From Herpetosiphon sp. NSE202 (GTDB lineage: Bacteria; Chloroflexota; Chloroflexia; Chloroflexales; Herpetosiphonaceae): a DNA stretch of 64,000 nucleotides. Location of the stretch: NCBI RefSeq assembly GCF_042688385.1, contig NZ_JBHUPY010000007.1, positions 322,110 to 386,109 of the forward strand. The letters are read 5' to 3'. A program made the translations under genes and the position numbers. Under the pieces are notes generated by a model that ran no database searches, had not been told where the DNA came from, and worked only from the letters and a program-made list of their open reading frames with translations. Of the stretch, positions 38,023 to 48,605 are shown piece after piece. Within the stretch, counting starts at the first letter, position 1, and each line of letters starts with the position of its first letter.

Positions 38023-38122
38023 TAAACCAAAATGAGACCTTCGATCGACTTGTTTTGAGGCCTAGAACAGGTATAATGGCAAAACATTTGAGCGACATCG
38101 AGCTTGCTAGCGAGGAGCATCT

Positions 38123-40906
38123 GTGGAACCGATATATATCGCCTTGGACTTGGAAACAACTGGCTTAGAACCAGGGCGCGATGAGATTATTGAAGTTGGG
38201 GCCGTTAAATTTCGTGGCAACGAGGTTCTCGAAACCTACCAAACCTTGGTCAAACCCAAACAGGTGCTACCAATCAAAATTGCTCGTTTAACTGGCATCG
38301 ATGCTCACGAATTAACCACCGCGCCAAGCTTTAATAGCATTGGTGGCCAAGTAGCCAAATTTCTCAAAAGCTATCCAATTATTGGTCATTCGGTTGATGG
38401 TGATTTGCGCTTTTTGCAGCAACAAGGGCTAAAAGTCACCCAGCCGCATTACGATACCTTCGATTTGGCGACCTTGTTGATTCCGCAATTGCCCAATTAT
38501 TCGCTTTCAACGATCGCCGAACATTTGCAAATTGCCCATCCTGATGCCCACCGCGCTTTGGCCGATGCCGAAGCGAGTCGCTTGGTGTTTACTGCGTTGC
38601 TCGATAAATTGGCTGAATTATCGGCTGCCGAATTGCATAACATCGCTCAAACTACCCAAAAATTGCAATGGCCGCTGGCTAAATTATTTGGCGAAATTGC
38701 CAAACGCCGCGTGCAAACGGTCTGGCAAGCACCAATTGAATTTCAGCCCAAACCAATTGTGCGTCCGATTGCGCTTGAACCAACTGGCAACCAACAATTG
38801 CTCGATAGCCAAGCGATTGGCGCAATGTTCGGGGCCGAAGGTGGCTTTAGCCGCATGTTTCCTGGCTACGAGCCACGCCAACCACAAATCGAAATGACGG
38901 TTGCTATCGCCGAAGCGCTCAATCAAGGCGATACCTTGATGATCGAAGCGCCAACCGGCACGGGCAAAAGCTTGGCCTACCTCGTGCCCGCCGCCCAATG
39001 GGCACGCCAACGCGGCGAACGGGTTGTCATCTCGACCAACACGATTAACTTGCAAGATCAGCTGTGTTCCAAAGATATTCCGACTGTGCAAGCGCTCTTG
39101 GCAGAGCATCCCGACCAAGCACCAGCGTTGCGCGCCGTGCAGCTCAAAGGTCGCAGCAACTACCTATGTTTGAAGCGCTACGAAGCCTTTCGCGCCCAAC
39201 CAGACCACAACGAAGATCAAACCCGTGGCTTGTTGAAGTTGCAACTGTGGTTGCCATCAACCAACAACGGCGACCGCTCGGAATTAATGCTGATTCAAGG
39301 CGAACAGCAGGTTTGGAATAATGTTAATGTTGATCCCGACCAATGTTTGCGCCAACGCTGCTCGCTCTACAACGAATGTTTCTTCTTCAAGGCCCGCGCT
39401 GAGGCCGAAAACGCCCATATTGTGGTTGCCAATCATGCCTTGTTGATGGCCGATGTTAAATCGCCTGGCATTTTGCCACGCTACGATCATTTGATTATCG
39501 ACGAAGCGCATAACCTCGAAGATGTTGCCACCGACCAATTGGGCTTTCGGATTTCGCAACACAGCTTAAACAGCTTGCTCAACGATATGCACAGCACAGG
39601 CGGCGCACGTTTAGCGAGCGGCGTGCTCAACGAGTGGCCGCAACTCTTCCGTTTGAGCACGGTCGACCATAAAGAGCAACGCAAACTCGAAGATATTAGC
39701 GCCGATGTGCGCCCGAATGTTGAAAAAGCCCGCGATGCAGCCCAACAATTGTTCAGCATTTTCAACGATATTATGGCCAAAGATCGCAGCGTAACCCAAT
39801 ACGATCCTCAATTGCGCATCACTACCAAAATTCGCCGCCATGCTGAATGGAGCCAAGTTGAGCAAACATGGGAAAATTTGAGCATTAATTTGCGCAAAAT
39901 TGGCGATGGTTTTGGCAAACTCCAAGCAATTTTGGATAATCTCGAAGGCCGCGATATTAATGGCTACGACGATTTGGTGATGCGGGTCAAGGGCATTGTC
40001 AATGCCTGCGGCGAATTACAACGCCAATTTGATCTGGTGATTTATGGCAACGAAGAGACCGTGGCCTGGCTCACCGCCGATCAACGCCGCCGCGAATTGT
40101 TGGTCCAAGCAGCGCCAATTCATGTTGGGCCGTTGCTCACCGAAGATCTTTGGATGAAGAAACGGGCCAATATTTTGGTTTCAGCCACGCTTTCGGTCAG
40201 TAATAGCTTCGATTACCCCAAGCAACGCTTGGGCTTAGATGAAGCCACAGCCATGCAGCTCGATTCGCCATTCGATTACAGCAAATCGACCTTAATCTAT
40301 TTGCCAACCGATATGCCCGAACCCAATGAGCGCAATTATCAACGCGCCATGGAAGACGCATTAATTAATTTATGTAAAGCGACTGGTGGCCGCACCTTAG
40401 CCTTGTTCACCGCCAATACATCGCTACGCCAAACCTACCATGGCATTAGCGAAAGCCTTGAGCAAGCGGATATTTCGACTTTAGCGCAAGGCATGGATGG
40501 CTCGCGGCGTTCGTTGATCCAACGCTTCAAATCTGACCCACGCACGGTTTTGTTGGGTACAGCCTCGTTTTGGGAAGGCGTGGATGTGGTTGGTGATGCC
40601 TTGAGCGTGTTGGTGATTACCAAGTTGCCCTTCAGCGTGCCCAACGACCCAGTGTTTTCGGCGCGATCCGAGGGGTTCGACGATGCTTTTGCTGAATACT
40701 CAGTGCCGCAAGCGATTTTGCGCTTCAAACAAGGCTTTGGCCGCCTCATTCGCTCCAAAGATGATCGCGGGATTGTGGTGGTGCTTGATCGGCGCTTGCT
40801 CAGCAAAAACTATGGTCGCCAATTCCTCGAATCATTGCCCGATTGCACCGTGCAGCGCAAGCCGCTTTCTGAGCTCGCAACTACTGCGGCCCGCTGGTTG
40901 GTTTAA
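38123..40906 (+). CDS. dinG: DinG-family ATP-dependent helicase with an N-terminal DnaQ-like 3'-5' exonuclease domain
   Basis: GTG start with GAGGAG 5 nt upstream. N-terminal IALDLETTGL (Exo I motif); Walker A APTGTGKSLAYL; DEAH box IIDEAHN; a Cys-rich segment (FeS-like CLKRYEAF...CSLYNECFFF); C-terminal helicase motifs. 927 aa. Confidence 0.85.
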   Translation: MEPIYIALDLETTGLEPGRDEIIEVGAVKFRGNEVLETYQTLVKPKQVLPIKIARLTGIDAHELTTAPSFNSIGGQVAKFLKSYPIIGHSVDGDLRFLQQQGLKVTQPHYDTFDLATLLIPQLPNYSLSTIAEHLQIAHPDAHRALADAEASRLVFTALLDKLAELSAAELHNIAQTTQKLQWPLAKLFGEIAKRRVQTVWQAPIEFQPKPIVRPIALEPTGNQQLLDSQAIGAMFGAEGGFSRMFPGYEPRQPQIEMTVAIAEALNQGDTLMIEAPTGTGKSLAYLVPAAQWARQRGERVVISTNTINLQDQLCSKDIPTVQALLAEHPDQAPALRAVQLKGRSNYLCLKRYEAFRAQPDHNEDQTRGLLKLQLWLPSTNNGDRSELMLIQGEQQVWNNVNVDPDQCLRQRCSLYNECFFFKARAEAENAHIVVANHALLMADVKSPGILPRYDHLIIDEAHNLEDVATDQLGFRISQHSLNSLLNDMHSTGGARLASGVLNEWPQLFRLSTVDHKEQRKLEDISADVRPNVEKARDAAQQLFSIFNDIMAKDRSVTQYDPQLRITTKIRRHAEWSQVEQTWENLSINLRKIGDGFGKLQAILDNLEGRDINGYDDLVMRVKGIVNACGELQRQFDLVIYGNEETVAWLTADQRRRELLVQAAPIHVGPLLTEDLWMKKRANILVSATLSVSNSFDYPKQRLGLDEATAMQLDSPFDYSKSTLIYLPTDMPEPNERNYQRAMEDALINLCKATGGRTLALFTANTSLRQTYHGISESLEQADISTLAQGMDGSRRSLIQRFKSDPRTVLLGTASFWEGVDVVGDALSVLVITKLPFSVPNDPVFSARSEGFDDAFAEYSVPQAILRFKQGFGRLIRSKDDRGIVVVLDRRLLSKNYGRQFLESLPDCTVQRKPLSELATTAARWLV

Positions 40907-40907
40907 A

Positions 40908-41075
40908 TTCCCTCACCCCAACCCCTCTCCCGCCCAGCGGGAGAGGGGCTTTTCATATGTTCTTGCACAATTCCAAGGGTCAGCTCCCCTCGCCCGCGCC
41001 GTGGGAGATTGGTAAACAAGGGTCGGCTCCCCCTCGCCCGCGTCCAGTGGGAGAGGGGGTTGGGGGGTGAGGGAA
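40908..41075. repeat. full copy (D) of the MITE/REP-like element, exactly filling the gap between the convergent dinG and PBP genes
   Basis: ttccctcaccccaacccctctcccgcccagcgggagagggg ... cccctcgcccgcgccgtgggag ... ccccctcgcccgcgtccagtgggagagggggttggggggtgagggaa. Confidence 0.7.
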
Positions 41076-41076
41076 C

Positions 41077-43935
41077 TTATTTCACGCTCAATACACTGAC
41101 GCTGCTGGTTACACGGTTGCCAGCTTGATCGATTGCTGTGGCGACAACGCGATAGGTTCCAGCTTGGGTTGGGCTAAAATCAAGGCTATAGGGCGCTTGA
41201 TCGCGCATAAACACCTCGCCATTGACCGTCCACTCAACCTTGGCAAGCTGGCGATCATCTTGGGCGTTGGCTTGAAACTGCACTGATTGGCCGCGCAAGG
41301 CCGTAGCTGGCACCGTGATGCTAATTGTTGGTGCAGTTCGATCAAGATAGATCGTGACTCGTTGCTCGTTCATGCCATTGCTTTGCTCAACCAACAAACG
41401 CAAACTATACTCGCCTTCGGGCAAGCCATCAGCATTCCAAATTGCCAACAAGCCATTGGAAATCCCGCCAAAGCCTTCGATAATCGTCGTCCAGCTGCTA
41501 GGATTCGCGCCAGTGCCCCAAGCAACCGTATAATCGCCAGCAGCGCTGCCGCGAATGCGAATTGGCGCGGCTAAGGCTGCACCATCTGTTGGCTCGATCA
41601 AGGCAATTGGAACATTGGCGTTGCCTGCATTGGTTGGATTCACCAAAGCACAAGGCTTGGTTGGCGGAGTTCCCAAGCCGCCAGTTTCGCCCCAATTGCC
41701 CGCCTCATCGGGATAGATTGCAAACACCCGATCTTCGCCTGGCTGGTCGGGCAAGGCCACACAATCGCCACTTGGGCCAACCCGAATCGTGCGATAGACA
41801 TTTTCGGTTTCGACTGGCTCAGTGCCATTAACAAAATATTCGCTGCGAATGTTGGGGCAGGCTTTCGATGGTTTGGTGCCAGTTGGAATACAAACTTCGT
41901 GCTCGGCAACATTCGCTGGTGGCGTAAATTGCTCGATTGGCAAGCCTTCGTGGAACTTGGTCATCAGGCGATTCCAAATCACGGCAGCACCAAATGAGCC
42001 AGGCACTGCATCCATTGGGCTATTATCGCTATTACCAACCCACGCGCCAATCACCACGCTCGGCGTATAGCCAACCGTCCAGCTATCACGGTCGTCGTCG
42101 GTCGTGCCGGTTTTGACCGCCGCAGGCCGATCGTTGGGCAATTCCATGGCATTGTCAGGCCCAAACATCCACTCGCGGGCTTGGTTATCGCTCAACATAC
42201 TTGAAACAATAAACGCCAAACCATTGCCATCTGGCCCCAAGGCTGGTTGGCTTGGTGGTTCGCTCCAAGCTTCGAGCACTTCGCCCCGCGTATTGACCAC
42301 CTTCAAAATCGTTGAGGCAGGTCGATAATTGCCCTCGTTGGCAAACACGCTGTAGGCAGTGGTCAATTCCATTAGGGTTACTTCGCCGCCGCCAAGCGCC
42401 AACGATAAACCATAGCGGGGGCGATCATCGAGGGTGCTGATGCCAACCCGCTGCATCAAACGCAAAAACTCATCAATACCCACATGATCGAGGGTTTTGA
42501 CCGCTGGCACGTTGAATGAATTGGCTAAGGCAACCCGAATCGAAACTGGCCCATGGAAATTACGATCATAATTTTTGGGCGCATAGACTTCGCCGCCAGC
42601 AAAGCGATATTCGGTGGGCACATCCCAAAGCACGCTGGCCGCCGTCCAATCGCGCATCATCGCCGCCGCATAGACAAACGGTTTGAGTGCCGAACCTGGT
42701 TGACGTTCGGCCAAAGCCACATTCACTTGGCCATCAATCGCCGCATTGTTGTAATCAGCCGAGCCGACCATCGCCAAGACTTGGTTGGTTTTGCGATCAA
42801 GCATCACTACCGCGCCGTTGGTTGCGTTTTGGGCAGTAATTTCGCTGACCCGTTGCTGCACCTCTTGCTGAGCGGTTGCCTGCCATTGCGGATCAAGCGT
42901 CGTGGTCACTCGCAAGCCGCCACGATAGAGCAATTCGGGGCCATAGCGCGCTTCAAGCAATTGGCGCACATAAAACACAAAGTGCGGTGCAGTTAAATTC
43001 ACTTGCGACGGCTTGACATACAATACTTCAGCAAAGGCTTGTTCAGCTTGCTGCTTGGTAATCATATTGTTGCGCACCATTGCTGCCAAGACGATCTCTT
43101 GGCGTTGTTTGGCGGCATCGGCATTAACCAAGGGATCAAGTTGCGATGGCGATTGAGGCAAGCCAGCCAACATCGCTGCTTGGGCCAAGCTTAAATCGCT
43201 CACGCTAACCCCAAAATAGGCTTGGGCAGCGGCCTCAGCGCCATAGGCATTATTGCCATAGGGAATTTCGTTCAAATACAAGGCCAAAATTTGATCTTTG
43301 GAATAGCGTTGGCTAATTTGATAGGCCAAAATTGCCTCGCGAATTTTGCGCTTGGGCGTTTGCTGGCCGCGTTCTTCTGGCGAAAGCAACACATTGCGCA
43401 CCAATTGCTGGGTAATCGTCGAAGCACCGCCTTGGCCAGTTTCTTGGTCGGTCAAATTGGCCAGCGCTGCACGGGCAATCGAAGGCAAATTAACCCCAGG
43501 ATTGGTATAGAAATTACTATCTTCGACCGCAATTGTGGCCTGTTTAAGATACTCGGAGAAGGCGCTGAACGGCACGACCGTGCGTTGGCCAGCGTTAGGA
43601 TCGAAAATCTCATACAGCAAGGTTGTGCCATCGCGGGCATAGAGTTTGGTGGTTTCAAAGGCGCGATGCGTGCCCAAATTATCAATCGAGGGCAAATTGC
43701 GGCTAAAATACCAATAGCCACCCAAGCCAGCTGCAAGGATGCAAAATACCCCAATCAGCAGCAGTTGCACCAAAAGAATCAGTGCTTTGAGCCACCATGG
43801 GCGCGCTTGACGGCGAGCAGCCCGCGCCGAACGCCGTTCCTGCCGAGTAGTTAATTGTGGTTGATCGCTGTTTGATTGTGCCATAGTCGTTTGGGGAATG
43901 GTCGCTGGGGAATGGGGGCTGGTTAAAATCAGCAT
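41077..43935 (-). CDS. class A penicillin-binding protein (glycosyltransferase GT51 plus transpeptidase) with a C-terminal Ig-like extension
   Basis: N-terminal TM; GT51 motifs (EDSNFYTNPGVN, GASTITQQLVRN); transpeptidase SxxK-like region and KTGTT. An alternative start is MAQSNSD at 43884. Confidence 0.85.
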   Translation of the reverse strand: MLILTSPHSPATIPQTTMAQSNSDQPQLTTRQERRSARAARRQARPWWLKALILLVQLLLIGVFCILAAGLGGYWYFSRNLPSIDNLGTHRAFETTKLYARDGTTLLYEIFDPNAGQRTVVPFSAFSEYLKQATIAVEDSNFYTNPGVNLPSIARAALANLTDQETGQGGASTITQQLVRNVLLSPEERGQQTPKRKIREAILAYQISQRYSKDQILALYLNEIPYGNNAYGAEAAAQAYFGVSVSDLSLAQAAMLAGLPQSPSQLDPLVNADAAKQRQEIVLAAMVRNNMITKQQAEQAFAEVLYVKPSQVNLTAPHFVFYVRQLLEARYGPELLYRGGLRVTTTLDPQWQATAQQEVQQRVSEITAQNATNGAVVMLDRKTNQVLAMVGSADYNNAAIDGQVNVALAERQPGSALKPFVYAAAMMRDWTAASVLWDVPTEYRFAGGEVYAPKNYDRNFHGPVSIRVALANSFNVPAVKTLDHVGIDEFLRLMQRVGISTLDDRPRYGLSLALGGGEVTLMELTTAYSVFANEGNYRPASTILKVVNTRGEVLEAWSEPPSQPALGPDGNGLAFIVSSMLSDNQAREWMFGPDNAMELPNDRPAAVKTGTTDDDRDSWTVGYTPSVVIGAWVGNSDNSPMDAVPGSFGAAVIWNRLMTKFHEGLPIEQFTPPANVAEHEVCIPTGTKPSKACPNIRSEYFVNGTEPVETENVYRTIRVGPSGDCVALPDQPGEDRVFAIYPDEAGNWGETGGLGTPPTKPCALVNPTNAGNANVPIALIEPTDGAALAAPIRIRGSAAGDYTVAWGTGANPSSWTTIIEGFGGISNGLLAIWNADGLPEGEYSLRLLVEQSNGMNEQRVTIYLDRTAPTISITVPATALRGQSVQFQANAQDDRQLAKVEWTVNGEVFMRDQAPYSLDFSPTQAGTYRVVATAIDQAGNRVTSSVSVLSVK

Positions 43936-44045
43936 ATTCCCGATCCCTGACCCCTAATCCCTGACCCCCACAAATAAATTTTGCGATAAAATTATAGCAT
44001 GCAGCCTACACCATTTTCGGTGATTATGCAGAAAGGATGTTTTGC

Positions 44046-45260
44046 ATGAAGCAACGCAGCATGCGTGTTTTGATTCCAGCATTTCTTATTCCACTAGGGC
44101 TTTGTATTCTGGGCAGTATCTTGATTTGGATTTTTGCGCCAAATGAGCAAGCAACTCCTGAGCAAAGTACAAATCCTAATACAACTCTGTCAGCTGAGCC
44201 AACGCCAGTTGCCGTCAGCCCGGTTAATACCACCCCAAGCAATGATCTTAGCGATGAGCAAGCTCGTATCGATTTGTACAAGCGGGTTGGGCCTGCTGTC
44301 GTGAGCATCGATACTGAAGTTGCTGGCGAAAGCAGCCAAGAAGTAACCCAAGAGGCGCTTGGCTCAGGCTTTTTGGTCGACGATCAAGGCCATATCGCCA
44401 CCAACAACCATGTCATCGAAGGCGCTACCCGCATTTTTGTCACCTTCTCCGATGGTCGCCAAGTGCCAGCAAGCTTGCGCGGCGCTGATCAAGATAACGA
44501 TATTGCGGTGATTAAGGTTGAGGCCGAGGAAGTAAGCAGCATCGCGCCCATGGTTTTTGGCAACTCGCGCGAGGTGCAAGTTGGCCAAGATACGATTGCA
44601 ATTGGCAATCCTTTTGGCTTGCAAAATACCATGACCTTGGGGATTGTCAGCGCGGTCGAAGGGCGTTCGTTGCCTGGGCGCACCTTGGCCAATGGCGGCC
44701 AATTTCGCATCAGCCGCATCATTCAGACCGACGCGGCCATTAACCCTGGCAATAGCGGCGGCCCTTTGCTCAACAGCAACGGCGAAGTGATTGGCATCAA
44801 TACCGCGATTCGGGTCAGCGATCCGACGGCTGCACCAGCCTTTGCTGGGGTTGGCTATGCTGTACCTGCAAATACGGTCAAAATCATTGTTGAAGATTTG
44901 ATTAAAACTGGCAAGCACGATTCGGCCTATTTGGGCGTGAGCATGCTCACGATTAGCTCGCAATTGGCGGAAGAATTGAAATTGCCAGTCAATCAAGGTG
45001 CACTCGTCACCAATGTGGTTGTCGATGGCCCCGCCGATCAGGCAGGCATTCGCTTGGGCACCAACAGCATCCAAGTTGAAGGCGCTGAATTGATTATTGA
45101 TAGCGATATTGTGACCGCCTTCAATGGCGAACGCATTCGCTCAAGCGACGATCTGATTGCTCATATCAACGATTCGCGGGTTGGCGATAAAGTTAATTTG
45201 ACGATTATTCGGGGTGAGCAAGAGCAAACAGTCGAGGTAACCTTGGGGGCACGCCCTTAA
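44046..45260 (+). CDS. HtrA/DegP-family serine protease (trypsin-like domain plus PDZ)
   Basis: Catalytic triad context NNHVI (His), DIAVIKV (Asp) and GNSGGPLLN (Ser); a C-terminal PDZ-like region. AAAGGA SD precedes ATG 44046; the ORF track begins at 44037. Confidence 0.85.
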   Translation: MKQRSMRVLIPAFLIPLGLCILGSILIWIFAPNEQATPEQSTNPNTTLSAEPTPVAVSPVNTTPSNDLSDEQARIDLYKRVGPAVVSIDTEVAGESSQEVTQEALGSGFLVDDQGHIATNNHVIEGATRIFVTFSDGRQVPASLRGADQDNDIAVIKVEAEEVSSIAPMVFGNSREVQVGQDTIAIGNPFGLQNTMTLGIVSAVEGRSLPGRTLANGGQFRISRIIQTDAAINPGNSGGPLLNSNGEVIGINTAIRVSDPTAAPAFAGVGYAVPANTVKIIVEDLIKTGKHDSAYLGVSMLTISSQLAEELKLPVNQGALVTNVVVDGPADQAGIRLGTNSIQVEGAELIIDSDIVTAFNGERIRSSDDLIAHINDSRVGDKVNLTIIRGEQEQTVEVTLGARP

Positions 45261-45384
45261 AACGCAGTGGTTAGCCCAATCTTATCACCCCAAGGGGTGA
45301 TCTTTCGAGATTCTGGATCGCGAGCCGTATCTTTTTTGCAGGCTGCACGGTTTCCCTTATGCCAGACCTCTCCACACAGCAAAC

Positions 45385-45420
45385 ACGGGCGGGTGCAATC
45401 GACTGATAGCACCCGCCCGA
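45385..45420. terminator. GC-rich hairpin between convergent genes, a putative bidirectional terminator
   Basis: cgggcgggtgc-aatcgactgata-gcacccgcccg (11-bp stem) followed by atgttttta. An additional hairpin atcacccc-aa-ggggtgat lies at 45286-45303, directly after htrA. Confidence 0.45.
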
Positions 45421-45425
45421 TGTTT

Positions 45426-46238
45426 TTAGCTATTAACCCATATCAGCCCACGTTGCTGTTGCATGGCTAAAAGCGCCAGATTACGGATAAACGCTAAACC
45501 CAATGCCTCAAACGCCACATTCGGAAAATATTCTGCGCGCAAATCTTGATTCCAAAATGTTTTTAGGGCTTGCTGCATCGCTTCTAAGCTTGGTTTGATC
45601 GCTGGTAGCTCAAGTTTTGATAGGTGGTAGGCTAAACGTGCAGTTTCTGCTGGATCAAGCCAGCCATGAATCCCTTCTGCTGAGCCACCCCAACCATAGC
45701 CAATAACCCAGCCCCGTTGGCCCAAACGATTCAATAATTGATAGGCTGGATGTGCAGGCTCCATGCCTTGTTGCTCCAACCAAGCCTGATAAAAGCGCAT
45801 GGTAACGGTGCGCCCAACAAACATGCTTGGCCCTAAACACAGCAGATCAACAACTTCAGCGAAGAGCAACATCAGATCATCAGCCACGCCCTGCTGCCGA
45901 CTCGTGTGCAGCGGACATTGATTGATCTCAACACAGTTGCTTGAACGACAAGCACGCTCTTTCCATTCGACAAACCATGCTTTAGCGCTTTGATGCTGGC
46001 CATTCCAAGCCCAATCGTGATCAAGGTAGCTGCAATGCGCTTGGAAATCAGCGCCATGCAAAAATTTAGCCGCATAGTGCTCACGATAGGCAGGAAGCAT
46101 CACGTTATTGCTGCCCTGAATAATCGCGCCCAGCCATGGGGCCGCAACGCCCGTTTTGATAAAGGCTTGGATAGCGGGCACAACCAATTCACGATAAACC
46201 TGATAATCAAAAAGATGTACCTCTGCATCAGATCCCAT
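45426..46238 (-). CDS. hypothetical protein with no recognisable domain
   Basis: AAGGAG RBS 6 nt upstream of ATG 46238 (MGSDAEVHLFDYQ...); the ORF-track extension to 46358 is unlikely. 270 aa, Trp- and His-rich. Confidence 0.55.
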   Translation of the reverse strand: MGSDAEVHLFDYQVYRELVVPAIQAFIKTGVAAPWLGAIIQGSNNVMLPAYREHYAAKFLHGADFQAHCSYLDHDWAWNGQHQSAKAWFVEWKERACRSSNCVEINQCPLHTSRQQGVADDLMLLFAEVVDLLCLGPSMFVGRTVTMRFYQAWLEQQGMEPAHPAYQLLNRLGQRGWVIGYGWGGSAEGIHGWLDPAETARLAYHLSKLELPAIKPSLEAMQQALKTFWNQDLRAEYFPNVAFEALGLAFIRNLALLAMQQQRGLIWVNS

Positions 46239-46397
46239 CTGCTTCTCCTTTCTAGCCGAGCAACCAATCACAAAAATTTGCCTAGCTTTTGGCGATTCTC
46301 GCGCTATAATTAAACACTCAAACGTCGCAACCTTGATCAGCCCAACGCCCAATTCCACCCTACGCGAAAACCCCTAACTAGCATCCTGGAGTTCATT

Positions 46398-48599
46398 ATG
46401 CAGCATCTCCCCCAGTATTCGACCAGTTTAATTGGCCGCAGCCGCGTCGTTGCCGCCCTCGCTGACCTATTTCAACAGCAAGCTCAGCGCTTAGTTAGTT
46501 TGATTGGAGCCAGCGGCACTGGCAAAACGCGGCTTGGGCTTGAAGCTGCCGAAACTATTCGCGATAGTTTTGTTGATGGCTGCTACTTTATCAATCTTGC
46601 CCCAGTTGATGATGCTGTGTTTGTGCTGCCAACGATTGCCCACACTTTGGGCGTGCATGAAACCGCCAATCAATCGTTGCTTGATAGTTTGATTAATTTT
46701 TTGCAGGGCAAGCGGGTGTTGTTAATGCTCGATAATTTCGAGCAGGTTAAACAAGCTGCGACTGAGCTAAATCTCTTGATCGAAGGCACCGATCAAGCCC
46801 AATTTATGGTAACTAGCCAAGTGGCCTTGGGCTTGGCGAATGAATATGAGTTCAATGTGCCGCCGCTGGAAGTGCCCGACCAAGCGCAGCTGCCTGCAAG
46901 TGAATTATTGGCATATTCAGCAATTAGCTTGTTTGTTGATCGAATGCAAGCGATCCAGCCGCGCTTTGTGTTGAGCGATACCCAAGCCAAAGCTGTGGTC
47001 GAAATTTGTCGGCTGGTGCATGGCTTGCCCTTGGCGATTGAATTAATTGCCGCTCATAGCTCAGCGCTCTCACCAAGCGACTTATTGCTTTTGGTCCGCA
47101 ACTATTTGGCTCTAGGGCGCGGCGCAACGATTGCCAAACCAAGCAGACATCATGTGCTTTATCCAGTGCTCGATTGGTGCTTTAGCCGTTTATCTGCGCC
47201 CCAACAAACCTTATTTAGTCGCTTGGGAGCCTTTAATGGCGGTTTTTCCAGCGATGCGGTGATGGCGCTGTACCAAACCGCAGGCGAATTTCCCACAGCG
47301 GTTGATTCGGGGCTTGCCAGTTTGCAGCAAAAACATTTGCTGTTGCAAGAAACAATGCCTGGCCAACAGCCACGCTACATCATGCTCGATGCAGTGCGTA
47401 AATATGCCCATCAGCGTTTGCGCAAACGCAAAGAGGCCCAGCAAATCGAACTTTATCACGCCACCTACTACCGCGATTTGAGCGTGAGCGCCAAAGAAGA
47501 GTTGGGCGGCCCCAACAACGAATTCTGGACCAATCGGCTGCTCAGCGAGATTCATAATATTCGGGCGGCGCTGCAATGGGCCTTGAGCCACAACCAAGCG
47601 AATCTGGCCTTGCAACTCAGCAGCAATTTGGTGCGCTTTTGGATTCGCCAAGGCTACTTAAGCGAAGGCCGGCGCTGGATCAGTACCGCATTGGAACAGC
47701 AAACCAATGCCGAGCCAGCGACGGTGCGCACAGGTTTGGCTTCAGTCGGCGCGATCGCTTGGGTTCAAGGCAGTTATCGTGAGGCCAATACCTATCTCGA
47801 AACCGCCTTAGCAATTGAATCAACTAATCAGCATGAAACCGCCCGTTTGCTCAATACCTTGGGTTTGGTAGCCTACAACCAAGGACTTCACGAGCAAGCT
47901 AGTGCCTATTTTGAGCAAACCTTAGCCCTCTATCTAGAACTCTATCGAGAACGTGATGATCAAGCAATGATTGGAATTACGCTCAACAATCTGGGCTTGA
48001 TCGAAATTGATCGCGGCAATTTAGCGGCGGCGCGCCAAATTTATGCTGAAGTTTTAGCCCTTCTTCGCCCAGCCAATAACCCGTTTAATCTCATCATGCC
48101 GCTGAGCAACCTTGGCTTGATCGCGATTCTCGAAGAACGCTATGCTGAGGCCGAGCCATTGCTCGAAGAAGGCTTGGCGCTTTGCCGCGCGCATCGCGAT
48201 TACAACGGCTTAGGCTATTTTCTGACCAACTTAGCTGCCTGTTTGGCTGGCCAAGGCCGCTTTGAGCGTGCGCGCGATTGTTTGATTGAAGCCTTGGTTG
48301 TGCGTAACAATGCACAATCACAAAGTGGCATCGTGGAGGGAGCCAAAACCGCCAGCGAAATCTTGCTTAAGGCTGGCTTGGCGGAAGCGGCAGCACTGGC
48401 ATGGGGCTATGCCAGCGCCAGATTTGCCGAACTGCAAGCAAATCCAGTTTGGTACGACGAGCGCCAACAAACCATGATCGAAACTGGATTAACCACGACT
48501 CTTGGCAGTGAGCGCTTTGCAAGCCTCAAACACACTGGCGCGCAACAAACGATCGACGAGCTGATTAATCTGCTGCAAACTGCGAAGTTTATGCAGTAA
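46398..48599 (+). CDS. STAND-class P-loop NTPase (NB-ARC-like) fused to C-terminal TPR repeats, with no N-terminal effector or DNA-binding domain
   Basis: 733 aa. Walker A GASGTGKT at residues 37-44; Walker B hhhhLDN (VLLMLDNFEQ); a winged-helix-like middle region; a C-terminal roughly 350 aa of TPR-like repeats (LNTLGLVAYNQGLHEQA, LNNLGLIEIDRGNLAAA, LSNLGLIAILEERYAEA...). Confidence 0.75.
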   Translation: MQHLPQYSTSLIGRSRVVAALADLFQQQAQRLVSLIGASGTGKTRLGLEAAETIRDSFVDGCYFINLAPVDDAVFVLPTIAHTLGVHETANQSLLDSLINFLQGKRVLLMLDNFEQVKQAATELNLLIEGTDQAQFMVTSQVALGLANEYEFNVPPLEVPDQAQLPASELLAYSAISLFVDRMQAIQPRFVLSDTQAKAVVEICRLVHGLPLAIELIAAHSSALSPSDLLLLVRNYLALGRGATIAKPSRHHVLYPVLDWCFSRLSAPQQTLFSRLGAFNGGFSSDAVMALYQTAGEFPTAVDSGLASLQQKHLLLQETMPGQQPRYIMLDAVRKYAHQRLRKRKEAQQIELYHATYYRDLSVSAKEELGGPNNEFWTNRLLSEIHNIRAALQWALSHNQANLALQLSSNLVRFWIRQGYLSEGRRWISTALEQQTNAEPATVRTGLASVGAIAWVQGSYREANTYLETALAIESTNQHETARLLNTLGLVAYNQGLHEQASAYFEQTLALYLELYRERDDQAMIGITLNNLGLIEIDRGNLAAARQIYAEVLALLRPANNPFNLIMPLSNLGLIAILEERYAEAEPLLEEGLALCRAHRDYNGLGYFLTNLAACLAGQGRFERARDCLIEALVVRNNAQSQSGIVEGAKTASEILLKAGLAEAAALAWGYASARFAELQANPVWYDERQQTMIETGLTTTLGSERFASLKHTGAQQTIDELINLLQTAKFMQ

Positions 48600-48605
48600 G
48601 CAATG

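Noticed and set aside
37947-38168. ORFs translating the repeat elements (for example 37947-38168, 59349-59591, 59458-59709, 54966-55169), producing PLSLNAGEGE / LARVQWERG peptides.
   Set aside because: These peptides recur only because the DNA repeat recurs. They have no RBS and inconsistent frames or strands, so they are non-coding.
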